Part shown: one piece after another, positions 36,614 through 45,234 of the stretch
Layout of the letters: each line of letters begins with the position of its first letter
How positions within the stretch are numbered: position 1 is the stretch's first letter
Source of the DNA: a virus
Taxonomy: Duplodnaviria; Heunggongvirae; Uroviricota; Caudoviricetes; Demerecviridae
IMG/VR virus record: IMGVR_UViG_2974640449_000001
Coordinates: 242-64,241 of that record
DNA: 64,000 bases
Reading direction: 5' to 3' (one strand)
Translations under genes and position numbers: made by a program
Notes under the pieces: model-generated
Told to the model about the DNA's origin: nothing
What the model saw: the letters and a program-made list of their open reading frames with translations, nothing else
Databases searched by the model: none

Positions 36614-36636
36614 AGGGAGCCAATTGGCTCCCTTTA
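36611..36636. terminator. Bidirectional terminator between the late and early modules
   Basis: Perfect palindrome TAAAGGGAGCCAATTGGCTCCCTTTA between convergent genes. Confidence 0.8.
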
Positions 36637-36639
36637 TTA

Positions 36640-37092
36640 TTATTGACGACCTGATTCTCCGAATCCTGACTCGCCACGATTTGTCTCATCTAGCTCATCG
36701 ACAACTTCAATGTTATCATATACTAGATAGTGTGGAACAATGACCATTTGACATACACGTTCAAAGTCTTCTAAGAACACATCCTCTTCCCCACAGTTAC
36801 GCATCTTAACCATGATTTCACCACGATAGTTAGAATCAATAACTCCAGTAGTGTTTGCTAGTCTGATTTCGTATTTGAAGCCTAGACCAGAGCGAGGCAT
36901 AATAAGACCTACCCAGCCCTTAGGAATTGCAACCTTAACACCTGTACCAAAGGTGATTGATTCACCTCGTAGCAGAGGAGTATACCCTTGAGCTGTTTGA
37001 ATGTTCATTCGCAGATCAAGACCTGCATCGCCGTCTTTCATACATTGTGGTTTAGCTTCTTCGTTTAGTAATACAATACGGATTTTTTCCAT
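36640..37092 (-). CDS. dut: dUTPase
   Basis: AGLDL, PRSG, GVIDSNYRGE, RGESGFGESG motifs. Confidence 0.95.
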   Translation of the reverse strand: MEKIRIVLLNEEAKPQCMKDGDAGLDLRMNIQTAQGYTPLLRGESITFGTGVKVAIPKGWVGLIMPRSGLGFKYEIRLANTTGVIDSNYRGEIMVKMRNCGEEDVFLEDFERVCQMVIVPHYLVYDNIEVVDELDETNRGESGFGESGRQ

Positions 37093-37961
37093 TATAAAGT
37101 TCCTCGTAGATTTTTGCAAATTCGTTCTAGATATAGTAGATTCTCTGGACTTGGGTAGGCAATTGCCTCTTTGTGAAAAGAGCGCAAGTCAACCAATTGT
37201 GTATTTAGAATCAACTTTTCTTCAGATTTATTTAATTCTTGGATGTACTTCTGCTTACCTTCAATCGGAAGAAGTGTAGCGAGAGTTAGTGCATCGCCAT
37301 ACTGACGAACCAAGTTATATGCACGTTTAGCACCAATACCGCCAACACCGTACACAGAGTCTCCTGGGTCGCCCATGATAGCTTTGATAGATGTGTATTC
37401 GTCTGGGGTATCACATTGGTGATGTTCGTAGAAGTTTTGAAGGGTGTACTCTTTACGGGTAGTATATGAGAATCGACTTACTTTCTCACCGAGTAGCTCG
37501 TCCCAGTCCTTATCGGTAGAGATTAACCAGATGTGATCAAACTCATCATCATTTTCAAATTCTTCTACTAAGTATGCTGCGGTGTCATCCGCTTCCACAC
37601 CTTCTAGCTTGATTACTGTAAAGTTACACTCACAGAGTTCGATAGCCTTATTAAAGTCTTCAAAGAACTGCTCCGCTGCTAGTTTTTCTTCGTCGGTCTG
37701 GTCTGCAAATTTAGCTTTACGGTCGAATTTGTACTTAGGATGTAGATCTTTGCGATACCACGAGCCTTTATAATCTACAAGCACCACAATCTCTCTTGCG
37801 TGGTAGGATTTTGCTAGAGAGTTAATTGTTTTAACATAGTCTGCTGCAAAGTCGTTAGTACCACGATGTTTATACCGGAAGGCTAAGTTCAATCCATCCA
37901 CAATAAGCAAGTTATTTTTGGGAATCATTGCTTGCTCTGTTGCCATATCCCACATATTCAT
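37092..37961 (-). CDS. D15: 5'-3' exonuclease / flap endonuclease
   Basis: LIVDG, EADD, STDKD, GDPGDSVYGV motifs. Confidence 0.93.
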   Translation of the reverse strand: MNMWDMATEQAMIPKNNLLIVDGLNLAFRYKHRGTNDFAADYVKTINSLAKSYHAREIVVLVDYKGSWYRKDLHPKYKFDRKAKFADQTDEEKLAAEQFFEDFNKAIELCECNFTVIKLEGVEADDTAAYLVEEFENDDEFDHIWLISTDKDWDELLGEKVSRFSYTTRKEYTLQNFYEHHQCDTPDEYTSIKAIMGDPGDSVYGVGGIGAKRAYNLVRQYGDALTLATLLPIEGKQKYIQELNKSEEKLILNTQLVDLRSFHKEAIAYPSPENLLYLERICKNLRGTL

Positions 37962-38446
37962 CGTATAATATCTCCCGTTTCGATAAGTGATAAGAACTGC
38001 TTAAAGTTAAGCATAAAAATTGATCTATCACTTTTAGTGTAATTTAGTGTCGGATTTGCGCTTGCTAGCTTATCCGATAATTCTTCATAATCCGCTTTAT
38101 CAATACAAACAATCCAATCCCCTCTGTCTTTCTTAAAGATTAACATTGGCTTAGCGTTCATTTGACATGCTTCACGATATGTTTGGTCTAACCACTTATC
38201 TAGTTGAGTCTTAGTGGTTTTCATTATATTTGAGTTTAAGTGTTCATCTTTGTACCACTTAACCTCAATAGCGAACTTAGACATATGTCCAGAAGCGTGA
38301 GGTAAGTAAATATCACCTTTTAGTCCGTGAGCAGCACCAAAGCCACCCGAACCTGGAACACGCTCCCACTCCATCCCTGTCTTTTCTCTAAGTAAATCGC
38401 GGATTTGATATTCTCCGCGTTTACCCTTGTCTCTAGAATCAGCCAT
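37958..38446 (-). CDS. D14: D14-like endonuclease / Holliday junction resolvase
   Basis: SRDKGKRGE, RVPGSG, IEVK PD-(D/E)xK motifs. Confidence 0.85.
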   Translation of the reverse strand: MADSRDKGKRGEYQIRDLLREKTGMEWERVPGSGGFGAAHGLKGDIYLPHASGHMSKFAIEVKWYKDEHLNSNIMKTTKTQLDKWLDQTYREACQMNAKPMLIFKKDRGDWIVCIDKADYEELSDKLASANPTLNYTKSDRSIFMLNFKQFLSLIETGDIIR

Positions 38447-40313
38447 TTACTACTGTACTCACTTTATTTCGTTTCTCCAAACGAATATCTTTTGTTAGGG
38501 GGTGGTTGTAACCATGGCTAACAAGAAATGTATTAAGATGTGTTTCTTCTAGCAAAAGCTCTACTAATAAATCTCTACTATCATCATCTAGTACGCTTAT
38601 TACCTCATCTAAGAATAGAAGATTAATATTTACGTCACTAACAGCACTCATAAGATTTCTGATAGCTAGTAGAGTTGACACATTTACTTTACTTTGCTCA
38701 CCACTAGATAGGGATTCCATGCCTACTTCAACTCCATCATCATAGATGACAACCTTGAGTTTAGTAGAGTCTAGTTCAAAACCTAGTGCGAACTGACCAG
38801 ATGTGAATTTTGAGAGATATTTATTAATTAATTCTTCAAAAACTTTAACGCTACTTTCGATTTTATAACTAATAAGTCCTTTAGAGCCGAATGCTTTACA
38901 AAGAATGTCTAAGTCCGCAACTTCAAGTTCTGCACTTTGTAGGTCAGCTTGGTATTTTTCCAACTCAATGCGATACTCCGTAGAGGTTTTAAGAATCTCC
39001 TCACGACGAGCGTTACTAACCTGTGCATCTGTATTATGTTTGATAGCTAAATCTATGTCGGTTTTGAGCTTAGTTAGATTTCTTTGTAATTTATTTATAT
39101 CTTCTTGTAAAATTTTAGTGTCGGTTTTGTGCTTATGCTCAAACTCTGGTAAGTCAGGAAGTTGGAAACTATTAAAAGATAGCAAAGCATTATCTAGTTT
39201 ACGTTTCCAGTCTTGGTATTCCGTATACAGCTTCTGCTTACCTTGTAACCCTTCTAGTTCTTCTCTGAGCTTATCACGAGTAGGCTTGAGTGCCAGGAAT
39301 CGTGCTTTAGCTCCATCACGAGCTTCGGCTTTTTGTGTTACATCCAGCTCTGAACCGCAAGTATGGCATGTAGTTTTACTAGCTTCTGTTTTGAAGCGCT
39401 CGTAAGATGCCTTCTCCGCAGCCATTTCTGTATTTATTTTTGTTAGATCACACGTAACACTTTTAATTTCCTCAGAAAAGTCCTCTGCTGGCGCAGGTTC
39501 AACTTTCTGAAGGTCTAATACTTTTTGATGTAGCTCGTCTTTTTGTTGGGCTTTACGTTGGTATTGCTGTACTTGACGTTCTTGTTCTTCGATTTGTTTG
39601 TTGTGGAACTCAGCGGTAGCCAAATCTACGCGCTTCTCGTTTAGACTCTCTTCTAAACCAGAGTCTATTTCTGGAACGTCTACTAGCAACACTTCGTCTG
39701 GTATGGTTGAGTTTCTTTTTAGCCATTTTTCAATTGTCTCCGTCTTACCTGTAATAGTATTTAAGACAGAAGTGGCTTCTTTCTTGGCTTCTTTCAGAGC
39801 AGCTTCGATTTCACCATAGCCCTCCAAGCCTAGAAGTGCAACAAGAAACTTCTTACGGTTCGCATCTGTAGATGTTAGGAAATCCATAGATGAAACCATC
39901 GACTGATATACCAGCTTGGTGAATGTTTTGAACTCGGTATTACCAAGTATCTCTTTAATCTGCTTATATGTCTGAGTAGCCGTATGACCACTAATATCTT
40001 CACTATTTTTATATAGTTTAATTTTAGCAGTGGATTTGACTTCTTTATGGACTACATACTCATCTTCACCAACAAAGAAAGTTACCTCGCCCCACCAACC
40101 TTTTGTATCAGTATAGCGGTTACTCAAAGCAGCTTTCTTAATACCTCTAGAGTTACTATTATAAAGAATTTCCTCTAGTACAACTGGTAAGGATGATTTA
40201 CCAGAACCATTCTTACCAATTAGTTGATATACTGTATGCTCGTCTAGAATGAAATCAAACTCACCATATGCTAGGATATTATCCCCACGTACTCTGTGTA
40301 ATCTAATTTGCAT
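38439..40313 (-). CDS. D13: SbcC/Rad50-like recombination ATPase
   Basis: GKNGSGKS, CxxC zinc hook, LSSGE, LFLDE. Confidence 0.93.
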   Translation of the reverse strand: MQIRLHRVRGDNILAYGEFDFILDEHTVYQLIGKNGSGKSSLPVVLEEILYNSNSRGIKKAALSNRYTDTKGWWGEVTFFVGEDEYVVHKEVKSTAKIKLYKNSEDISGHTATQTYKQIKEILGNTEFKTFTKLVYQSMVSSMDFLTSTDANRKKFLVALLGLEGYGEIEAALKEAKKEATSVLNTITGKTETIEKWLKRNSTIPDEVLLVDVPEIDSGLEESLNEKRVDLATAEFHNKQIEEQERQVQQYQRKAQQKDELHQKVLDLQKVEPAPAEDFSEEIKSVTCDLTKINTEMAAEKASYERFKTEASKTTCHTCGSELDVTQKAEARDGAKARFLALKPTRDKLREELEGLQGKQKLYTEYQDWKRKLDNALLSFNSFQLPDLPEFEHKHKTDTKILQEDINKLQRNLTKLKTDIDLAIKHNTDAQVSNARREEILKTSTEYRIELEKYQADLQSAELEVADLDILCKAFGSKGLISYKIESSVKVFEELINKYLSKFTSGQFALGFELDSTKLKVVIYDDGVEVGMESLSSGEQSKVNVSTLLAIRNLMSAVSDVNINLLFLDEVISVLDDDSRDLLVELLLEETHLNTFLVSHGYNHPLTKDIRLEKRNKVSTVVNG

Positions 40314-41286
40314 TAGGAACGATCCTTTTATACTTCCCTACCAGTCTTTTGACAGTAGTTGATGGAAGCTTTTCTACTTCTGTTAGATATATAGATAATT
40401 CTTCATCAGTACCAGATTTATTTGTCAAATCTAAGGTAGCTGGCTTACCTACGTTTTTATTTACTTTCTTATCTAATAATTCAGAATCTTTTATAGACTT
40501 CAACTCTGAAATATCACCCTCGACTTCATAGATAACTCTATCATACTCATCTTTGACCATCTCCTCTCCGACCTGAATAGTCTTACGAATTAACTGAGGA
40601 AGTTGTTTGAGGTCATGCCAAGTATAGTTGAGAGTCTCAGTATTAATAACAATACATCCATTAGTTTTTGTAGTACGTTCTCTATGGAACGATGTAGTAA
40701 GCGGACTGCCTGGATAAAGGATTGTAGTACCGTTCTCAGTTGTCTGAGTATTTTGATAAGAATGTAAATCACCGGCTAATACTAAGTCATATGAATCAAA
40801 CTTAGCTAAGTCAATCTCAGGTGTTACATGCGGAGGGATTTCACCACGAACGTGAGTAAGACATAATCTAGAGCATTGTTCAGCCCATTTATTTTTGTGT
40901 AGCTCTTTGTAATCTACAATATCAAACTCAGGACTTCTGTATACTCCTGTAACTACTTCTACTAGAGGATTACATCGGGTAGTTTCGTCGGCAAGATTAT
41001 CTAAAACAGATTTTGTTTTTGACTTCATTTCATGGTTGCCTGTGTATATAAGAGTCTTATGTTCCAGTCTAGCTACCAAGTCAAAGTATAATTCTATTTC
41101 TTCTGGAGTAGGGTCAAATCTGTCAAAAATATCCCCACCAATTACATGAATATCACACTCACTAGCTTTAAAACGTTCGTTAAGTTTGTCTACTAGTAAA
41201 TGGAAGCGGTTAATCTGCCATAATACTGGGACGTGTTTTTGTCCCAGTTTGATATGCCAGTCAGCCGAAAATAAAAGTCTAGCCAT
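40303..41286 (-). CDS. D12: SbcD/Mre11-like nuclease
   Basis: ADWH, GDIFD, GNHE, GDLH. Confidence 0.93.
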   Translation of the reverse strand: MARLLFSADWHIKLGQKHVPVLWQINRFHLLVDKLNERFKASECDIHVIGGDIFDRFDPTPEEIELYFDLVARLEHKTLIYTGNHEMKSKTKSVLDNLADETTRCNPLVEVVTGVYRSPEFDIVDYKELHKNKWAEQCSRLCLTHVRGEIPPHVTPEIDLAKFDSYDLVLAGDLHSYQNTQTTENGTTILYPGSPLTTSFHRERTTKTNGCIVINTETLNYTWHDLKQLPQLIRKTIQVGEEMVKDEYDRVIYEVEGDISELKSIKDSELLDKKVNKNVGKPATLDLTNKSGTDEELSIYLTEVEKLPSTTVKRLVGKYKRIVPNAN

Positions 41287-41663
41287 TAATTCTCAATAGG
41301 ATACTTGATAGTAGTAGCTACTTGATCAGCAAGCTCTTTTACCAAGCCTTGTTCTTGGAACTCTGCACTAAGTTTCTCAATATCAATTGAGTCTGGGTCG
41401 TAAGGCTCATTGTAAGGTTCAAATACCTTAGCAGCAATATCCCATTGCTCTTGCCAGTGTTTACAGTTATTAATGAAATACTGCTCTACTTCTGTAAGAT
41501 AATCATTGACACGCTCACGGATAATGGCAATTTCACGTCTTACGTCTTCTACCTCTTTCCATGTCTTATCTTCTACAGGATTATCTAGGAAGCCGCCTGC
41601 TGCCTGTACTAAGGCACCTGTTAGTGAGCGTTTATCAAAAATAAGTTTACGTTGTTCTATCAT
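41286..41663 (-). CDS. Hypothetical protein
   Basis: GGAG SD before MIEQRK. Confidence 0.75.
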   Translation of the reverse strand: MIEQRKLIFDKRSLTGALVQAAGGFLDNPVEDKTWKEVEDVRREIAIIRERVNDYLTEVEQYFINNCKHWQEQWDIAAKVFEPYNEPYDPDSIDIEKLSAEFQEQGLVKELADQVATTIKYPIEN

Positions 41664-41715
41664 TCTATTCTCCAAACAAAAGGGGAAGCTAACGCCTCCC
41701 CAATTTTAATATTAA

Positions 41716-42519
41716 TTAGTCTAGTTCGTCCATTGCTTCTTGAGCAGCATCAGAAGGTTGGCTTTCGCCTTCTTCATCACCGTCACCATGTAGGAACTTG
41801 TGAACTTCTTCTTTCTGTTCTGCGTAAGTTGGGCGTGGGAACACTTCTTGGATTGGTTTTTTATCTTTCAAAATATCTTCGTCAGCAGCGAAACGCTCCA
41901 TCATAGCTTTGAAAGCATCTTCATCAAGTACGTTTTCCATTGTTTCTACAATGTCAACTTTGTACTTAGTACCAAGACCTGTACCAGACTTAACTAGAAC
42001 AACATCAATGTCTGATGGGCTAGTAACTTTGTAATCAGGGTTTGCGAAACGACGTTGTTGTTTAGGGTCACTAAGTTTAGCCATTAGCTCACCGATACCT
42101 GATAGAGTATCACCTTTAAGAGTTGCGTACTCATATTCGCCAGTATCACGGTTGATAATAGGGAATAGGTATTGGCGTTGTGGTTTTAGTGGAACCGGTT
42201 GACCTTTTTTATCAAACTCAGGATTACCCTGCCAGTCAACGTTTTGGATACCTAGCTCTTTGATAGGGTCAGGAGCACCGTTAATGAACTTCTCAACACC
42301 TGGAGTAGCATCGAAAGATAAGCAATCGAAAGGAGCACTTAGCTTACGTGGTTTGCCTTCGTCGTCAGTTTTAGTGGTTGTTAGCCAGTAAACGAAGCGA
42401 GGTAGAATATCACCTACAATACGGAATTTGTTAACGCCCGCTTTGTATTTAGTATATTTTTTCTCACCGCCGTTGTCGCCCGCTGTTACAGTACCCCAGT
42501 TAGATGCAGTCATAGTCAT
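41716..42519 (-). CDS. D11: D11-like ssDNA-binding protein
   Basis: RIVGDILPR.VYW motif, acidic C-terminal tail. Confidence 0.85.
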   Translation of the reverse strand: MTMTASNWGTVTAGDNGGEKKYTKYKAGVNKFRIVGDILPRFVYWLTTTKTDDEGKPRKLSAPFDCLSFDATPGVEKFINGAPDPIKELGIQNVDWQGNPEFDKKGQPVPLKPQRQYLFPIINRDTGEYEYATLKGDTLSGIGELMAKLSDPKQQRRFANPDYKVTSPSDIDVVLVKSGTGLGTKYKVDIVETMENVLDEDAFKAMMERFAADEDILKDKKPIQEVFPRPTYAEQKEEVHKFLHGDGDEEGESQPSDAAQEAMDELD

Positions 42520-42878
42520 ATATTATTTTCCTCGTATTTAAATAGAATTTTTGATTTGTTTATTGCGATTAGTGGGTTTTCATCGACAACCTGCCGAGGG
42601 ATGTAGTTAGGGAAATATTCCATATCTAAATTAACCTCGCGGTATTGCTGATAGTTAGCGTAGTTGCGTAAAGCACATAAACCTAGATACTCTGCCAACT
42701 TATGTTGTGGCAGTCTCATAGGATTATTAACTACGATTTCAGGATTGAGTATGAAATTCGTGCCTTTAAGGAAACGATAATCAACTCTTTCAAGATAAAG
42801 ATACTTAAAATATCTAAGCATCAATCTAGGCTGCCCACCTGAGAGCAACCAGATTTTGTTAAAGTCGTAAAGAACCAT
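42516..42878 (-). CDS. Conserved T5-like hypothetical protein
   Basis: 120 aa, synteny, own promoter. Confidence 0.75.
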   Translation of the reverse strand: MVLYDFNKIWLLSGGQPRLMLRYFKYLYLERVDYRFLKGTNFILNPEIVVNNPMRLPQHKLAEYLGLCALRNYANYQQYREVNLDMEYFPNYIPRQVVDENPLIAINKSKILFKYEENNI

Positions 42879-42897
42879 TTCTCAACTTTATGCGATT

Positions 42898-42926
42898 ATT
42901 ATACAGAAAATTTAGTGGTTGAGCAA
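42898..42926 (-). promoter_or_regulatory. Early promoter
   Basis: TTGCTC-N17-TATAAT. Confidence 0.75.
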
Positions 42927-42935
42927 TTCAATTTT

Positions 42936-43340
42936 TTAATTTTTTGGAGCGAACCACTCACCATATTCCTTACCGTCGCCACGCTTGCCGATAGCGTATA
43001 CTACATCAAGCTCTTCGTTGGGTTGAATAGAAATCCAGTAGACTTCATGACCTTCTGGGAGCTGCATTTCGTCACCAAAGGTAACTTCTATGCCTTGGAG
43101 GTCAAAAGTATCTGGGTCAACAGTAGTTGCGTCAATCCAAGGCTCGTCACTTTCTTTATAAGGCTCTCCTTCATTTGCGGGAGTTACTGCGGCTTTATTG
43201 AAGTAGCACATGTCAAAGTCACGATAAATTTTTAGACCTTTACCTACTTCTTCGATGTGTGGTTGTGATACATAAAACCCAACAGAGCGTACGCCCTCTG
43301 GCAAAGAGCCTTCAATTTTTACACTTTCAACTTTATTCAT
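42936..43340 (-). CDS. Acidic hypothetical protein
   Basis: 134 aa; promoter TTGCTA-N18-TATAAT at 43372-43401. Confidence 0.75.
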   Translation of the reverse strand: MNKVESVKIEGSLPEGVRSVGFYVSQPHIEEVGKGLKIYRDFDMCYFNKAAVTPANEGEPYKESDEPWIDATTVDPDTFDLQGIEVTFGDEMQLPEGHEVYWISIQPNEELDVVYAIGKRGDGKEYGEWFAPKN

Positions 43341-43372
43341 AATTATCTTCTCTCTTTCAGAATATGCATATA

Positions 43373-44728
43373 TTATACTTTAAAATCTAGTAACTTAGCA
43401 AATGAGTTTTTATTTAAAGCTACTAGTTTTGGTATTGACATTGGAACACATTGCCATCCATTCTTACCATAAATAGCGGTACGCGCCCTTCTATGTCTTC
43501 CGCCAGTCCAGCCTTCTAATTTCATATCTACTAGTATAGGGTCTAACTTACCATCAGACTTACGCATAATACGACCTGCTAGCTGCTCAAGCAAGGACTC
43601 GTTATCCCCTATAGGGCTTCCTAAAATCATACATGATAGTTCATTCTGTGAGATACCTTCCGAGAATATATTTTGACTAGCACAGAATATGTCTAGTTTT
43701 CCGTCAGACATATCTTTTTGTAGTTGAACACGTTCTTCTGTAGGAGTTTCTCCTATAAACAACGCTGAACGACCTTTTACATGTTCATGTATATATTTTA
43801 AAAATTCTATTCTATCACTAACGACGATAACTTTATGACCCATGCCAATATAGCAGTTAGCCAGTGCTAGTACCTGCTTTCTATATTGAGGGTTTTCCAT
43901 CACCGCATTGACCTTGTTAGCCCATGGTATCATTTGGTTACCGGAAAGCTCAATACCTGTATCGTATAAGTGAATAGTTGGAGGTATAGTATTTGCTACT
44001 TCTGGAATAAATACTTGCATTCCAAAGAAGTCTTTGAACAGACATTCCAGGCCATCCTTACGTTTCAATGTACCTGATAGACCAATCTTGTACCTAGCCT
44101 TACTTTCCATCAATATTTTAGTAAATGTAGACGCAGGAGTATGGTGCATCTCATCTACAATCATAAGGCCAAATTGGTCTGCTAGCTTAATTCCGTGTTT
44201 CGCTAGTGTTTGTATATTACCAATAGTAATTGGAGACTCATGGTCGAACATACCAGAACCAATAATGCCTGGTTCTATATCAAACCATTTACGAACCTCT
44301 GAAACCCACATATCACGAATTGCGGTTGTGGTACATACTACAAGAGTCTTCTGTCCTAGCTTCCATGCCAATGCAAGGGCTAATATCGTTTTACCAAAAC
44401 CTGGCTTAGCATTAATAATACAAGAATCATTAGCTTCATCAAAGATTTCCTGCTGGTCTTCACGAAGTGTGAATTTAGGTTCAGGAAATGTCTCTGGTAA
44501 ATACGTTCGCTTATCTATAATATCTAAATCATAGCCTTGCAGTAGGTCTAGTCTAGGTACAGGTATCCAGTAAGTACCTTTAGCAACTAAACCATAATGT
44601 AATATCAGCTTAGGTATAGCTGTTTTTGAATGCGGCTCAAAAACCTGATAAGTTAAATTCTTTTCTACTCGCTCTATCAGAGCATCATCTGGTTTAAGAT
44701 ACGCTTTGTTGGATAATACAACCTTCAA
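43373..44728 (-). CDS. D10: SF2 helicase (D10/UvsW-like)
   Basis: PGFGKT, VDEMHH, GLSGT, QLAGR. Confidence 0.92.
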   Translation of the reverse strand: MKVVLSNKAYLKPDDALIERVEKNLTYQVFEPHSKTAIPKLILHYGLVAKGTYWIPVPRLDLLQGYDLDIIDKRTYLPETFPEPKFTLREDQQEIFDEANDSCIINAKPGFGKTILALALAWKLGQKTLVVCTTTAIRDMWVSEVRKWFDIEPGIIGSGMFDHESPITIGNIQTLAKHGIKLADQFGLMIVDEMHHTPASTFTKILMESKARYKIGLSGTLKRKDGLECLFKDFFGMQVFIPEVANTIPPTIHLYDTGIELSGNQMIPWANKVNAVMENPQYRKQVLALANCYIGMGHKVIVVSDRIEFLKYIHEHVKGRSALFIGETPTEERVQLQKDMSDGKLDIFCASQNIFSEGISQNELSCMILGSPIGDNESLLEQLAGRIMRKSDGKLDPILVDMKLEGWTGGRHRRARTAIYGKNGWQCVPMSIPKLVALNKNSFAKLLDFKV

Positions 44729-45234
44729 AGTTTTTTCCTAGTTGTAGCCTTTCTTCTGTGTGATAACTCGTATAAGTAGAATGCGCTACCTACTTGAATA
44801 TATCCTACATACTCGGCTACCTGCTCTGTGACAAATGCTACAGGTAAATTTGTCATTAATCTATAATAACCATTCCATGTTCTGTCAGCCCGTAAGACTT
44901 TTGCATATTTTATGTGGTAGAACTTAGATGGTTTATATCTTACTATTGTCCCTTCAGCATCTATAAACCACCTACGTTTACTGTTAACTAACTGACTTAT
45001 AGAAGTAAATCTTTCCCTTAGAGGATATACTTTAAATTCTAGGTCTTTCATACCTAATAGTTGAGTTCTTCTACTAGCATAGTCCCCCTCTAGAGAGGGA
45101 CAGTCTAGTATATATTCTCTATATTTAGAGGAGATGAGGATAAACTCCTCAAACTCCTTAATATCCTCATACGCTCTTAGAGCGTACAAGGGGTACTTTG
45201 CTTGGAATGGTGTTACAGCTTTGAACTTTATCAA
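44725..45234 (-). CDS. Conserved T5-like hypothetical protein
   Basis: 169 aa between pol and D10. Confidence 0.75.
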   Translation of the reverse strand: MIKFKAVTPFQAKYPLYALRAYEDIKEFEEFILISSKYREYILDCPSLEGDYASRRTQLLGMKDLEFKVYPLRERFTSISQLVNSKRRWFIDAEGTIVRYKPSKFYHIKYAKVLRADRTWNGYYRLMTNLPVAFVTEQVAEYVGYIQVGSAFYLYELSHRRKATTRKKL